NCBI GenBank assembly: GCA_964620905.1
Contig: CAZUKA010000002.1
Coordinates: 121,154-185,153 of the forward strand
DNA: 64,000 nucleotides
DNA from: an uncultured Gammaproteobacteria bacterium
Lineage (GTDB): Bacteria; Patescibacteriota; Patescibacteriia; S139-126
Reading direction: 5' to 3'
The notes under the pieces were generated by a model. The model had not been told where the DNA came from and made no database searches. It saw nothing but the letters and a program-made list of their open reading frames with translations. The translations under genes and the position numbers were made by a program. Shown piece by piece: positions 1-8,713 of this stretch. Position 1 is the first letter of the stretch, and each line of letters starts with the position of its first letter.

Positions 1-2
1 AA

Positions 3-701
3 AAATCATCAAACAATAAAGGTTTTTCTGTTTGGGTTTTTTTTGGCGCAGCTATTGGACTTTTATTTTTATTTATTGTTTTATTTTTTGTTAAATTATA
101 TTTTTATGAAAATAGTAACAGTTCAGCAATTATCAAATATGCTGCCGGGCCAAAAATTTCTTACGGTGATCCTTTAATTCGGGATGCAAAAACAGTTTAT
201 CCCAAAGTAATGTCAGATGATGTCAGAAAAGGTAATACCAATTCGCGAGTGACTATTTTTTATTATTGTGATTTGTTAAGCCCTTTATGTAGCCAACAGC
301 AAGAAGAGATTTATAAGTTATTGGCTTTTTATACGGATGATATTTTAAGAATTGTTTGGAAAGGAACCGCTTCTACCCCGGTAGGTTTATTAGCCCAACA
401 AGCTGCTTATTGTGCTAATGCTCAAGGAAAGTTTTGGGAATACCAGCAGGAAGTATTTAAAAATCAATCTAATATAGATATTAGATTTGTAGAAGTTTTA
501 GCGGAACAGTTAAATTTAGCTACTGACGAGTTTAGAACTTGTCTATATGAAGGCCAAATGGAAGGCAAGGTTTATCAAAACAATTTTGAAGCCGAAGACA
601 TGGGAATTGATGCTCTACCGTATTTTTTTATTGACAACACTCCCTTTCGTGGATTTTTCAGTAGTCAAGAATTAAGTGAAATTATCAATGAGTTTTTATA
701 A
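3..701 (+). CDS. DsbA-like thioredoxin-fold protein, membrane-anchored, 5'-partial
   Basis: The reading frame is open from nt 3, so the start lies upstream of the window. The upstream part encodes a TM helix (VWVFFGAAIGLLFLFIVLFFV). The FWEYQQEVFKNQ segment is DsbA-like, with an atypical C-x6-C (CDLLSPLC) in place of CxxC. Track ORF 210..701 is the in-window Met fragment. Confidence 0.5.
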   Translation, partial: KSSNNKGFSVWVFFGAAIGLLFLFIVLFFVKLYFYENSNSSAIIKYAAGPKISYGDPLIRDAKTVYPKVMSDDVRKGNTNSRVTIFYYCDLLSPLCSQQQEEIYKLLAFYTDDILRIVWKGTASTPVGLLAQQAAYCANAQGKFWEYQQEVFKNQSNIDIRFVEVLAEQLNLATDEFRTCLYEGQMEGKVYQNNFEAEDMGIDALPYFFIDNTPFRGFFSSQELSEIINEFL

Positions 702-2241
702 ATTAAAAATAGTCCCGGTCGTTTTTTTTGGATTTATATTTTTTTTATTTTTTACTTCCCAAGCATCAGCTCAACAATGTATATGGAGGGATACTTTTGG
801 CTGTGCTGGTTTTGGTGAATATACACAATATTCTCCTAATATAGAATTATGTGAGGGCGATCCTCCTAATAATAGTTCAACATGTTGCTGTCGACCCTCA
901 ACGCCCCCTCCGTCTGGGTACCAGTGGACCACTAGTTTAAGTTGTGGTAGTTTGGGTTATGAATGGTTTCAATACTTTGGTGATCCAAATAATTGTGGAG
1001 TGAAACCACAAGGCGGAACTTATTGTTGTGTTTATCAATCAAATTTTGTAAATATTGGTGGTTGTTGTCAGCGTGTGTGTGAACAAGGTAGTTTTAATTG
1101 TTCTGATGGTTGTTTTCAGGGCAATTGCCCAAATAGTATTCCGGGAGTTGTTCGTTATGTTTATACACAATCAGGTGATTGTCAGAGTAATGTATGTGTT
1201 TATGTTACAGCTAGCACTGGAACAGTAGATACAGTTCAAAGTGAGCCGATTGAATTCAAGCCACAGGTAACCATTCCTGGTTCAATTAAAATAGGAGATA
1301 AGACTTTTTCTATTAATCGTGATCAGGGTATTATTGTTGATGGTGCTCTATTATCAAGATATATTGGGGTGCTTTTTAATTGGTTGATTGGTGTTATTGG
1401 TATTATTGCGGTGGTTTATCTGGGTTGGGGTGGCATGCAGTGGCTGGCAGCTGCGGGTAGTGCGGAAAGTATAAATAAAGCCAAAGAAACTATCAAAGAT
1501 GCCATAATCGGTTTGGTATTGGTAGCCGGGTCATATACAATGTTATTTATTATCAACCCGCAGTTGGTAGGGTTTGATAAGCTTAACATTGAAGAGGTAG
1601 AAGGTATAATTTTAATAAGTGATACACAATACGAAAAAATTACTGGTAAAAAACCAGTTAAAGCATTTAGCGAAGAAATGAAAAATGCTATGAGGCAAGT
1701 TTCTCAAGCCAACAATATACACTATTGTGTTTTAGCGACAATTTTTACCAAAGAATCAGCAGGTAATGTCAAAGCTTTGGGTCATGATGAAAATGTGAGG
1801 AAAGAGGGAATTAAATCACGTCGGGATTTTATTAATAGTGGTTGTTTATTATTTAGTGGTAAAAAATCAACTGCTGTTTGTAGTATTACTGGAGCTGCAA
1901 TAAATGATGATAAAATTGATGAGGGTAAATCTGATTTGGGATTGGATTGGCGGTTTTCACATGGTATTGGAGTTGGACAAATTACTATTTACCCCAACGG
2001 ACCAGCTTGTAATGGAGCATCACATTGTCGACAGATTGGCAATAAATCATATACTCCCAAGAGTTTGTTTGATCTTAATACAAATTTAGATGCCGTAGTA
2101 ACTTTGTGGAAAACAGATGTTTGTTCAGGCAACGTTAATCAAGACTGTTTTCGTAAATATAATGGTAGCGGACCAGCTGCTGAAGAATATGGGCGAGAAG
2201 CTTGGGCCATATATAATAATTGTTTAACACAAAATCCCTAG
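676..2241 (+). CDS. cysteine-rich secreted/membrane protein with a TrbC/VirB2-like double-TM segment and a C-terminal lytic-transglycosylase-like region
   Basis: Signal peptide, then many Cys. A hydrophobic pair (LIGVIGIIAVVYLGWGG...LVLVAGSYTMLFII) resembles conjugative pilin or T4SS proteins. C-terminal 'TKESAGN' looks like an SLT catalytic motif. AT-rich host codon usage. Confidence 0.45.
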   Translation: MKLSMSFYKLKIVPVVFFGFIFFLFFTSQASAQQCIWRDTFGCAGFGEYTQYSPNIELCEGDPPNNSSTCCCRPSTPPPSGYQWTTSLSCGSLGYEWFQYFGDPNNCGVKPQGGTYCCVYQSNFVNIGGCCQRVCEQGSFNCSDGCFQGNCPNSIPGVVRYVYTQSGDCQSNVCVYVTASTGTVDTVQSEPIEFKPQVTIPGSIKIGDKTFSINRDQGIIVDGALLSRYIGVLFNWLIGVIGIIAVVYLGWGGMQWLAAAGSAESINKAKETIKDAIIGLVLVAGSYTMLFIINPQLVGFDKLNIEEVEGIILISDTQYEKITGKKPVKAFSEEMKNAMRQVSQANNIHYCVLATIFTKESAGNVKALGHDENVRKEGIKSRRDFINSGCLLFSGKKSTAVCSITGAAINDDKIDEGKSDLGLDWRFSHGIGVGQITIYPNGPACNGASHCRQIGNKSYTPKSLFDLNTNLDAVVTLWKTDVCSGNVNQDCFRKYNGSGPAAEEYGREAWAIYNNCLTQNP

Positions 2242-2245
2242 GATT

Positions 2246-3592
2246 ATGAAACAAATTTTTGCCTGTACCAAGTGCGGAGCACAGTTTCAAAAGTGGGAAG
2301 GTCGGTGTCGGGAGTGTGGTGGTTGGGGGACTTTACAAGCGGAAAACGTGAGTACCAGCACTGAGAAAAAAAATAGTAATAATTTCAATCCGCTTGATGC
2401 GGATATTATTGATTTAAGCCAAGTGACAGCTGGAAGTGTTGGTAGGATAAAAATTGGTGAGCTAGAAATAGATCGTGTGTTGGGTGGTGGCTTAGTACCT
2501 GGTTCATTATTATTACTTGGTGGCGATCCAGGGGTTGGCAAATCAACTTTGGTTTTGCAGATAACTGACTATTTGTCTAAACAAGATAAAGATATTTTGT
2601 ATGTTTCTGGGGAAGAATCAGCCGAACAGGTAAAAGGCAGAGTAGAAAGAATGAAAATCAATACAAAACATCTTAAATTTATTGCCAGTACGCAAGTTGG
2701 GGCAATTTGTGCAACTTTGACAAAGTACAAACCAACGTTGGCTGTGATTGATTCAGTACAGACTATGGTTTATGAGGAAGTGGAAACCGAAGCAGGTGGT
2801 GTGTCTCAAATTCGGGCTGTGGCAGCAAAATTGATGGAAACTGCCAAGCAAAACAATATCTGTATAATTTTGATTGGTCATGTAACCAAACAAGGCCGGG
2901 TGGCAGGTCCCAGAACCATGGAACATTTGGTGGATGTAGTGTTGTATTTGGAAGGTGACAAGCAACAACAGTTTCGTATTTTGCGGTCAGTAAAAAACCG
3001 TTTTGGGTCAACTGGTGAGGTGGGAATATTCAAAATGAGTACACGGGGACTTGAACCAGTGAAGGATCCAGCTGGAATATTTGTTCAAAGTCAGCAGTTT
3101 AGTCCAGGAACTATTCACTCGGTGATGTGGGAGGGTAGTCGAGCATTTTTGGTGGAAATTCAGGCTTTGACTTCAGCTACCAAATTTGGCTATCCCAAGC
3201 GGACGGTCAATGGACTGGATTATAAACGAGTGGAAATGTTACTGGCGGTGCTACAAAAAAGAGCCAAAATTTTTTTGGCTAGTGATGATGTGTTTATCAA
3301 TTTAGCCGGAGGTATCAGTAGTAAAGATCCAGGTCTTGATTTGGGAGTTTGTTTGGCTGTAGTATCGGCTAAATCAAATCAGTCTTTTAGTCTACCCACA
3401 GCCGCTATGGGTGAAGTGGCTTTATCTGGGCAAGTAAAAGCATCAGCACAGCTAGAAAAAAGAGTTCGGGAAGCAGTCAGGTTGGGTTATAAGAAAATTA
3501 TTATCCCTAAAACCAATATCAAAATTACCAGTAGTAAAGTCGAAATTTTACAGGTGGAAAATATTTTGGAAACAGTGAATAATAGCTTTTAG
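2246..3592 (+). CDS. radA: DNA repair protein RadA/Sms
   Basis: N-terminal C4 zinc ribbon (CTKCGAQF...CRECGGWG), Walker A GGDPGVGKSTL, RecA-like core, and Lon-protease-like C-terminal domain. Confidence 0.92.
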   Translation: MKQIFACTKCGAQFQKWEGRCRECGGWGTLQAENVSTSTEKKNSNNFNPLDADIIDLSQVTAGSVGRIKIGELEIDRVLGGGLVPGSLLLLGGDPGVGKSTLVLQITDYLSKQDKDILYVSGEESAEQVKGRVERMKINTKHLKFIASTQVGAICATLTKYKPTLAVIDSVQTMVYEEVETEAGGVSQIRAVAAKLMETAKQNNICIILIGHVTKQGRVAGPRTMEHLVDVVLYLEGDKQQQFRILRSVKNRFGSTGEVGIFKMSTRGLEPVKDPAGIFVQSQQFSPGTIHSVMWEGSRAFLVEIQALTSATKFGYPKRTVNGLDYKRVEMLLAVLQKRAKIFLASDDVFINLAGGISSKDPGLDLGVCLAVVSAKSNQSFSLPTAAMGEVALSGQVKASAQLEKRVREAVRLGYKKIIIPKTNIKITSSKVEILQVENILETVNNSF

Positions 3593-3664
3593 CTTTCGGC
3601 TTATAGCTTTTAGGTAAATAATTACTAACAGCTGGAAGCTAACAGCTACAAGCTAGAAGCTAAT

Positions 3665-3988
3665 TTAGAGTGCTTTAACTATTCTCTCAAAATCTTTTAA
3701 ATCTTCCCAAGAGATTTGATTTTGTTTATAGAGTTTATGTGCCTCCATGCGCATTTTGTATTTAGTGTGTCCAGAAAATTTTCCGCCCGGAGGTAGGTAG
3801 CTGGCATGTTTGGAAATAAGATCTTCAAATTTTTTCAAATCCGCACTTGATAAATTGGCTGTTTGCGAGCCGCCCTTGATTTTGGCATGGGATAATTTTT
3901 GGTGTAAAGATTCCGGTCCGTAGGATTTATTGAGTTGTGAGCCGGTTTTAATTTGTCCACTGCCAAAGATGTTTTTAAATATGCCCAT
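3665..3988 (-). CDS. hypothetical protein
   Basis: 107-aa ORF in AT-rich host DNA with no recognisable motif. An overlapping ORF at 3835..4029 is less protein-like. Confidence 0.35.
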   Translation of the reverse strand: MGIFKNIFGSGQIKTGSQLNKSYGPESLHQKLSHAKIKGGSQTANLSSADLKKFEDLISKHASYLPPGGKFSGHTKYKMRMEAHKLYKQNQISWEDLKDFERIVKAL

Positions 3989-4054
3989 TTTTTTAGTATT
4001 AAGTATTTAGTATAAAGTATAAAGGTCAAGTATATAGTTATTTTAACACTATTT

Positions 4055-4091
4055 TTTTATATAAAAAAGGACGCTTGGGGGAAGCGTCCTT
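4055..4091 (-). terminator. rho-independent terminator downstream of the DksA-like gene
   Basis: Hairpin aaggacgcttgggggaagcgtcctt followed on the minus strand by a T-run. Confidence 0.5.
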
Positions 4092-4103
4092 GGAATTGGC
4101 GGG

Positions 4104-4592
4104 TTATTTTTTTGTATGTCTGATACAATTTTTTGCGGCGGGGTAAGCTTTTAATCGCTCATATTCAATATAATTATTGGCATTTTTTTTAATTGTACTG
4201 ATTTTTTGAGCAATTGAAACTTCTTTGAAGTTTATTTTTTTGTGATTTTCAACAACGCAGTGTGGACATACTCCGTATGTCCCATTTTCTATTCTTTCGA
4301 GTGCTTTTATCATACCGATGAAAGTTTTTTTATCTCTTTCGCAAAGAAGGGCATTGGTTACTTTTGTTTGTTCTTCCGAACCGTGTTCAAAAACATTTCC
4401 TGGGATACAATTGTCATGTCCGTTTTCTTTAATTGCATTGAGCAAATGCTCAACGCTGCCATTGAGTTCATGTATTTTTTCTTTGATTAAAGATGTAAAG
4501 AATTCTCTGTCTTTATGGGAAATTACTTTCCTCGTAAGTTGTTTGGGTATGACTGTTTTTTTTGCACTCAAAGTACTCATTATAAACCTCAC
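4104..4592 (-). CDS. DksA/TraR-family zinc-finger protein
   Basis: Coiled-coil N-terminus, then ALERIENGTYGVCPHC...AAKNCIRH. This matches the DksA C-terminal motif (RIxxGxYGxCxxCG ... C.xC). The finger is partly degenerate. Confidence 0.6.
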   Translation of the reverse strand: MRFIMSTLSAKKTVIPKQLTRKVISHKDREFFTSLIKEKIHELNGSVEHLLNAIKENGHDNCIPGNVFEHGSEEQTKVTNALLCERDKKTFIGMIKALERIENGTYGVCPHCVVENHKKINFKEVSIAQKISTIKKNANNYIEYERLKAYPAAKNCIRHTKK

Positions 4593-4891
4593 TATTATTA
4601 GTTAATTTAATTTTATTTAATTTGCCGAAAACTAATAAAGTGATTATGGTGATTTATTGAAAATCATATGTTACTCCTTTCTTTTTGTTTTTTATTTTTT
4701 ATTGATACCATACGAAAATCGTATGGCTGGTTTGAAAAATCTCCGGTCACGGAGATAAAAATGAAAGTGTGAGGTTAACTTCCAAATTATCAAATGTGAC
4801 CGGTCTGGTTTGGTCTGATTCGGCTGGTCAGACCGTTTTAATTTTTAATGAATGATTATAAATTGTAAAATATAAAAATCAAATTGTCAAG

Positions 4892-6949
4892 CTATTCGGG
4901 ATGAATAAATGTATATTTATTGGTAAATTCTTTTTTAAGCAAAGGATATAGGTCAAGATTGGGTGAGGTGGTTATTATTTTTTGAGCTGCTTCTCTGGCA
5001 TTTTTTATTGTTTCCCAATCGTTAAGATCAGCAATCTTTAAATTCCAAAAACCTGATTGTTTGGTGCCATATAGTTCTCCACCGCCTCGATTTTTTAGGT
5101 CATATTCGGCTAGTTTTATGCCATCATCATAAAGAGTCATAGCTTGCAGGCGATGTAAGGTATTTTTGTTTTGATTGTCAGTAAAAAGTAGACAATAGGA
5201 TTGAATGTTCGATCGACCGACTCTACCTCTAAATTGATGTAATTGTGCCAAGCCAAATCTATCGGCCCCCTCGATTATTATTAAGTTGGCATTGGGAACA
5301 TCAACGCCAACTTCTATCACTGATGTGGATACCAAAATATCAATTTTTTTATTTTTAAAGTCAGTCATAATTTTTTCCTTGACAGCTGATTTTAATTTGC
5401 CGTGCAGTAAACCAATTCTAAATTGGGGAAATATTTTGGTAGTCAATTTTTCGTATTCTTGAGTGGCTGCTTTGACACCTAAACGATCTGATTCATCAAT
5501 TAGTGGGCAAATGACAAAAGCTTGTCCGCCGGCTTGGATTTTGTTGGCAATAAATTGATAGGCCTGAATACGGTTTTGTTCAGCAACAATTTTTGTGATT
5601 ATTTTTTTTCTACCCAGTGGTTTTTCACGAATAATTGAAATATCCAAATCACCATAGATAGTAAGAGCTAAGGTTCTAGGAATTGGCGTGGCGGTCATTG
5701 AGAGAAAATGGGGAATAGTATTTTTTGTTTTGTCTTTTAGTTTTTTTCTTTGTTCAACACCAAAGCGATGTTGTTCATCAACAATAATTAGGCCAATATC
5801 AGTATAAGCAACTTTTTCTTGCAATAAAGCGTGAGTGCCGATAATTATATCCACTTTTCCTTGAGACAAAAATTTTTTTAGTTCGGATTTTTTTATATTT
5901 GAGTCATTTATTTTTTGATGTGTTCTAGTGAACAGACAAATATTTAGTTTGAATTTTTTCAGAGTATTTTGAAAAGTGTGGTAGTGTTGTTGGGCTAGAA
6001 TTTCAGTTGGTGTCAAAACTATGGACTGTAATTTATGTATGGCACAATTTAAACAGGCAATAGCTGCTACAACTGTTTTTCCAGAACCTACATCACCTTG
6101 CAACAATCGATTCATGGGTTGAGTAGCACTGATATTTTTCAATATTTCCCAAGCTGATTTTTTTTGGTCTACGGTCAAAGTAAATGGCAATGATTTTACT
6201 AAATCCCTAGTTTCTTCTTGATGGAAAGGGATAGTTGGGGCTGTTTGTTTGGCTAGTAATTGTTTATTTTTTTCCTTTTGTAATGAAATAAAAAAGAGTT
6301 CATCAAATTGCAGTCTTTTGGTAGCCAGTAAAAATTCGTTTTTCGTTTTTGGCCAATGAATATTGTATAAGGCTTGATTGAGGGAGGGTAATTGGTATTT
6401 ATTGGTAATTATATTTGGTAAATAATCTTGGTAGTTGTTTAAAAGCGGAGTAATAATTTTTATCAGTTGACGTAGTTGTTTTTGACTTATACCTTGGGTG
6501 GTTGGGTAAATTGGAATAATTCTGCCAGTATGAATGTGCTGTTCAGTTTTTTCCCACAGAGGATTGGTAAATTGTAGAGTATGATAGTCATCATCTACTC
6601 GGCCAGAAATATATATTTCCTCACCTCGATTTAAGTATTTATGTAAATAAGGTTGATTGAACCAAATAGTTTTGATAGAACCTGTCTCATCGCTAATCAA
6701 ACATTCAGTTAGGTGCAAACGTCTGTGTCTAGCTCGGCGACTGGAAATAAGTTCTATTTTACCTTTCACAGTAGCAGTTTCATTTATTTTCAAATCAGCA
6801 ATAGGCTTGAGGTTAGAAAAATCTTCAAAACGATAAGGAAAATGCCAAAGTAAATCTTGGGCATAGATTAGACCAATTTTTTTTAGTTTATTGGCAGTCG
6901 CTTTTCCAACTTTTGGTAAGTCAGAAAGTTTGGTATTTAGAGTTAGCAT
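4892..6949 (-). CDS. recG: ATP-dependent DNA helicase RecG
   Basis: Wedge/OB N-terminal region. Helicase motifs GDVGSGKT, DEQHRFGV, TATPIPRT and QxxGRVGR. Confidence 0.9.
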   Translation of the reverse strand: MLTLNTKLSDLPKVGKATANKLKKIGLIYAQDLLWHFPYRFEDFSNLKPIADLKINETATVKGKIELISSRRARHRRLHLTECLISDETGSIKTIWFNQPYLHKYLNRGEEIYISGRVDDDYHTLQFTNPLWEKTEQHIHTGRIIPIYPTTQGISQKQLRQLIKIITPLLNNYQDYLPNIITNKYQLPSLNQALYNIHWPKTKNEFLLATKRLQFDELFFISLQKEKNKQLLAKQTAPTIPFHQEETRDLVKSLPFTLTVDQKKSAWEILKNISATQPMNRLLQGDVGSGKTVVAAIACLNCAIHKLQSIVLTPTEILAQQHYHTFQNTLKKFKLNICLFTRTHQKINDSNIKKSELKKFLSQGKVDIIIGTHALLQEKVAYTDIGLIIVDEQHRFGVEQRKKLKDKTKNTIPHFLSMTATPIPRTLALTIYGDLDISIIREKPLGRKKIITKIVAEQNRIQAYQFIANKIQAGGQAFVICPLIDESDRLGVKAATQEYEKLTTKIFPQFRIGLLHGKLKSAVKEKIMTDFKNKKIDILVSTSVIEVGVDVPNANLIIIEGADRFGLAQLHQFRGRVGRSNIQSYCLLFTDNQNKNTLHRLQAMTLYDDGIKLAEYDLKNRGGGELYGTKQSGFWNLKIADLNDWETIKNAREAAQKIITTSPNLDLYPLLKKEFTNKYTFIHPE

Positions 6950-7175
6950 GAATTAATTATAACTAAATAAAAATAAATAAAAAACAGCCCTCCGCTGTAT
7001 AATTATCAATTATTAATAACCAGTTACTAGTCAATTATTTAATTTATTAATTAACTAATTAGAAAATTCATTAGATATTAGTTATTAGTAATTGGTTTTA
7101 TTTATTATTTATTCTAGTTTCAATATTCTAAGTTTAATTATGGTGCCCCCGATAGGATTCTCATCCAGTCATTTT

Positions 7176-7250
7176 TGGTGCTCTCAGTAGGAATCGAACC
7201 TACATTACGAGATCCGCAATCTCGCGTTCTATCCGTTGAACTATGAGAGC
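7176..7250 (-). tRNA. tRNA-Arg (anticodon read as GCG)
   Basis: A 75-nt cloverleaf on the minus strand: acceptor GCUCUCA/UGAGAGC, D-stem GUUC/GAAC, anticodon stem CGAGA/UCUCG with loop UUGCGGA, T-arm GUAGG-UUCGAUU-CCUAC, then ACCA. Confidence 0.75.
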
Positions 7251-7261
7251 CTCAATTAATG

Positions 7262-7341
7262 ACGGGACGGGCCTACATTACGAGATCCCTGCCTACCGCA
7301 GATAAAACCATCTCGCGTTCTATCCGTTGAACTACAGGGGC
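7262..7341 (-). other. tRNA-like 5' partial copy carrying a 23-nt insertion, immediately upstream of tRNA-Arg
   Basis: The D-arm, anticodon stem and variable region are identical to tRNA-Arg, but the acceptor 5' strand is different (GCCCCUG). A 23-nt hairpin-forming insert (GGUUUUAUCUGCGGUAGGCAGGG) replaces the anticodon loop. No T-arm or 3' acceptor strand follows. Confidence 0.4.
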
Positions 7342-7410
7342 AAAAATTATCAAAAATAAAAGCTCAAAGTGAGCTTTTAAATATTAACAGAAGCAATAGT
7401 AAGTTTCAAG

Positions 7411-7914
7411 TTATATTTTCAACTTGCGGCTAATATTCTCTGAAATCGGTTCGCTTTCGCGCTCGATGTCTTCGTCAATATATTCCAATAAAGTATTTCT
7501 AATCTCAACTGGATTTTGGTCTTGCAAAGGAATAGGCAGTCTAGGAAGAAGCAGACTTTTGAATTCCAAATATAAATTTTTAACTTCCGGCGGCTGATAA
7601 TTTATCCAAAAATTTTTTAACTCCGGCCATTCGTAAAGCATTTGGTTTAGTATCACACCTTCTTCAGTAATACGGAAACGAATATTTTCCGGTTCTCTTT
7701 GACGGTTAATATAAATAATGACCGTGGCGATAATTAAAATGAAAATAAATAAAATATTGCTGGTGGCCACACCATAGATGATAAGAAGCGTTAGAACCAC
7801 ACTATAACCAATCAGCCAGGAACGACTGTAATGGTGTTTGATAAATTCAGGAAATTGCCAAGCTGCTAGTTCTTTACCCACTTCGTGTTCTTCTTTTGAT
7901 AAGTCTTTTGGCAT
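7411..7914 (-). CDS. membrane protein (2 TM), hypothetical
   Basis: 167-aa ORF with two hydrophobic helices and an acidic C-terminus. Host-like composition. Confidence 0.5.
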   Translation of the reverse strand: MPKDLSKEEHEVGKELAAWQFPEFIKHHYSRSWLIGYSVVLTLLIIYGVATSNILFIFILIIATVIIYINRQREPENIRFRITEEGVILNQMLYEWPELKNFWINYQPPEVKNLYLEFKSLLLPRLPIPLQDQNPVEIRNTLLEYIDEDIERESEPISENISRKLKI

Positions 7915-8039
7915 ATATCTGGATTATACAAGATTTTTATCAGTTTGACAATTATAAACAGTTAGTTATAATATAGACAAAGAAGATATTTTAGTGTGCT
8001 GTGGTGAGTTAAAAACTTACCTTAGCACATTAACAAAAC

Positions 8040-8180
8040 CGCCATTCTAATTTGTGCGGTTTTTTGTTTATCTTGTCCTTCTAGTACTGTTGTTTTTTGA
8101 CAATAGTACTAGGAGGGCACAGGCAGACAAACTGCCGCAGGCACTTAGGGTTGGTCACCTAAGCTGTGAGTTCTCCTCAT
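8040..8180 (+). ncRNA. candidate structured RNA or 5' leader (GC-rich, multi-hairpin)
   Basis: GC-rich island inside a 480-nt ORF-free AT-rich gap. A 16-bp stem lies at 8085-8117 (ccttctagtactgttg / caatagtactaggagg). Nested helices AGGAG/CUCCU and CACAG/CUGUG enclose two hairpins, GGCAGACAAACUGCC and CUUAGG-N8-CCUAAG. I could not assign a family. Confidence 0.35.
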
Positions 8181-8188
8181 AATAATTA

Positions 8189-8371
8189 ATGTGTAAATTT
8201 ATGTACACAGCAATTAGAGGAGCTCTAACCTTAGCTTTGACTATTCTGGTGCTCCAGATTTTTTTGCCCGAAGTGGCTAGTGGACTAATCGCTCTAGTAG
8301 CGAGAATGCTAGAAATCGCTTTGGCGATTCTCTCCCAAGTCCCAACCTCTTTGGCGCAATAATAAATTTAA
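8189..8371 (+). CDS. small hydrophobic peptide (about 56-60 aa, 2 predicted TM)
   Basis: ATG at 8189 or 8201 gives MYTAIRGALTLALTILVLQIFLPEVASGLIALVARMLEIALAILSQVPTSLAQ, with the stop followed directly by the terminator hairpin. Too short for the ORF track. Confidence 0.35.
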
Positions 8372-8403
8372 GCTTCTGATTAATTCAGAAGCTTATTTTT
8401 TTT
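8370..8403 (+). terminator. rho-independent terminator
   Basis: aagcttctga-ttaat-tcagaagctt followed by a 9-nt T-run. Confidence 0.6.
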
Positions 8404-8713
8404 CGTAAAATATTAGAATCAAAGAAACAATCCCAATAATCACTCCTAGTATTTGATATTTATTTAAATTTTCTTTGTACAACCAAAGTCCAATAATAGC
8501 TGCTAAAATAGCACTAGCTACAGAAAAGATAATTGCTCCACGAGCTAAACCACTGCCTGATTTTAAAGCCCAAAGCCAAAAAGCATTGGCAGCTACATAA
8601 CCTAAAATAGCACCAATCCATCTGATCTTACCACCGTGCAGTGAATATTCCTTGGCAATAATATCTGCTATTGATTCAAATAGGATAAGTAAAATTAGTC
8701 CAATAACCCACAT
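8393..8713 (-). CDS. SMR/DMT-superfamily-like small 4-TM membrane protein
   Basis: About 106 aa from Met at 8713, four TM helices, a conserved Glu in TM1 (LFESIAD), similar in size to EmrE. The track ORF extends to 8785 through an upstream Met that is probably not used. Confidence 0.45.
   Translation of the reverse strand: MWVIGLILLILFESIADIIAKEYSLHGGKIRWIGAILGYVAANAFWLWALKSGSGLARGAIIFSVASAILAAIIGLWLYKENLNKYQILGVIIGIVSLILIFYEKK

Noticed and set aside
3600-3665. Short repeated agct-containing motif (acagctggaagcta / acagctacaagcta) downstream of radA, checked as a possible CRISPR or tandem repeat
   Set aside because: Only two or three degenerate copies, no spacer-repeat regularity and no cas genes. 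It is low-complexity sequence, not an array.
7141-7175. CCA-terminated fragment considered as an independent tRNA
   Set aside because: No cloverleaf can be drawn. It has only a GGAU-GAGA-AUCC tetraloop hairpin plus an acceptor-like strand.
8040-8400. Tested the GC-rich gap for RNase P RNA, tmRNA, SRP RNA and 6S signatures
   Set aside because: There is no GGAAAGUCC-type P4 sequence, no tRNA-like 3' end with a tag ORF, and no SRP domain-IV motif. It is left as an unassigned structured-RNA candidate.
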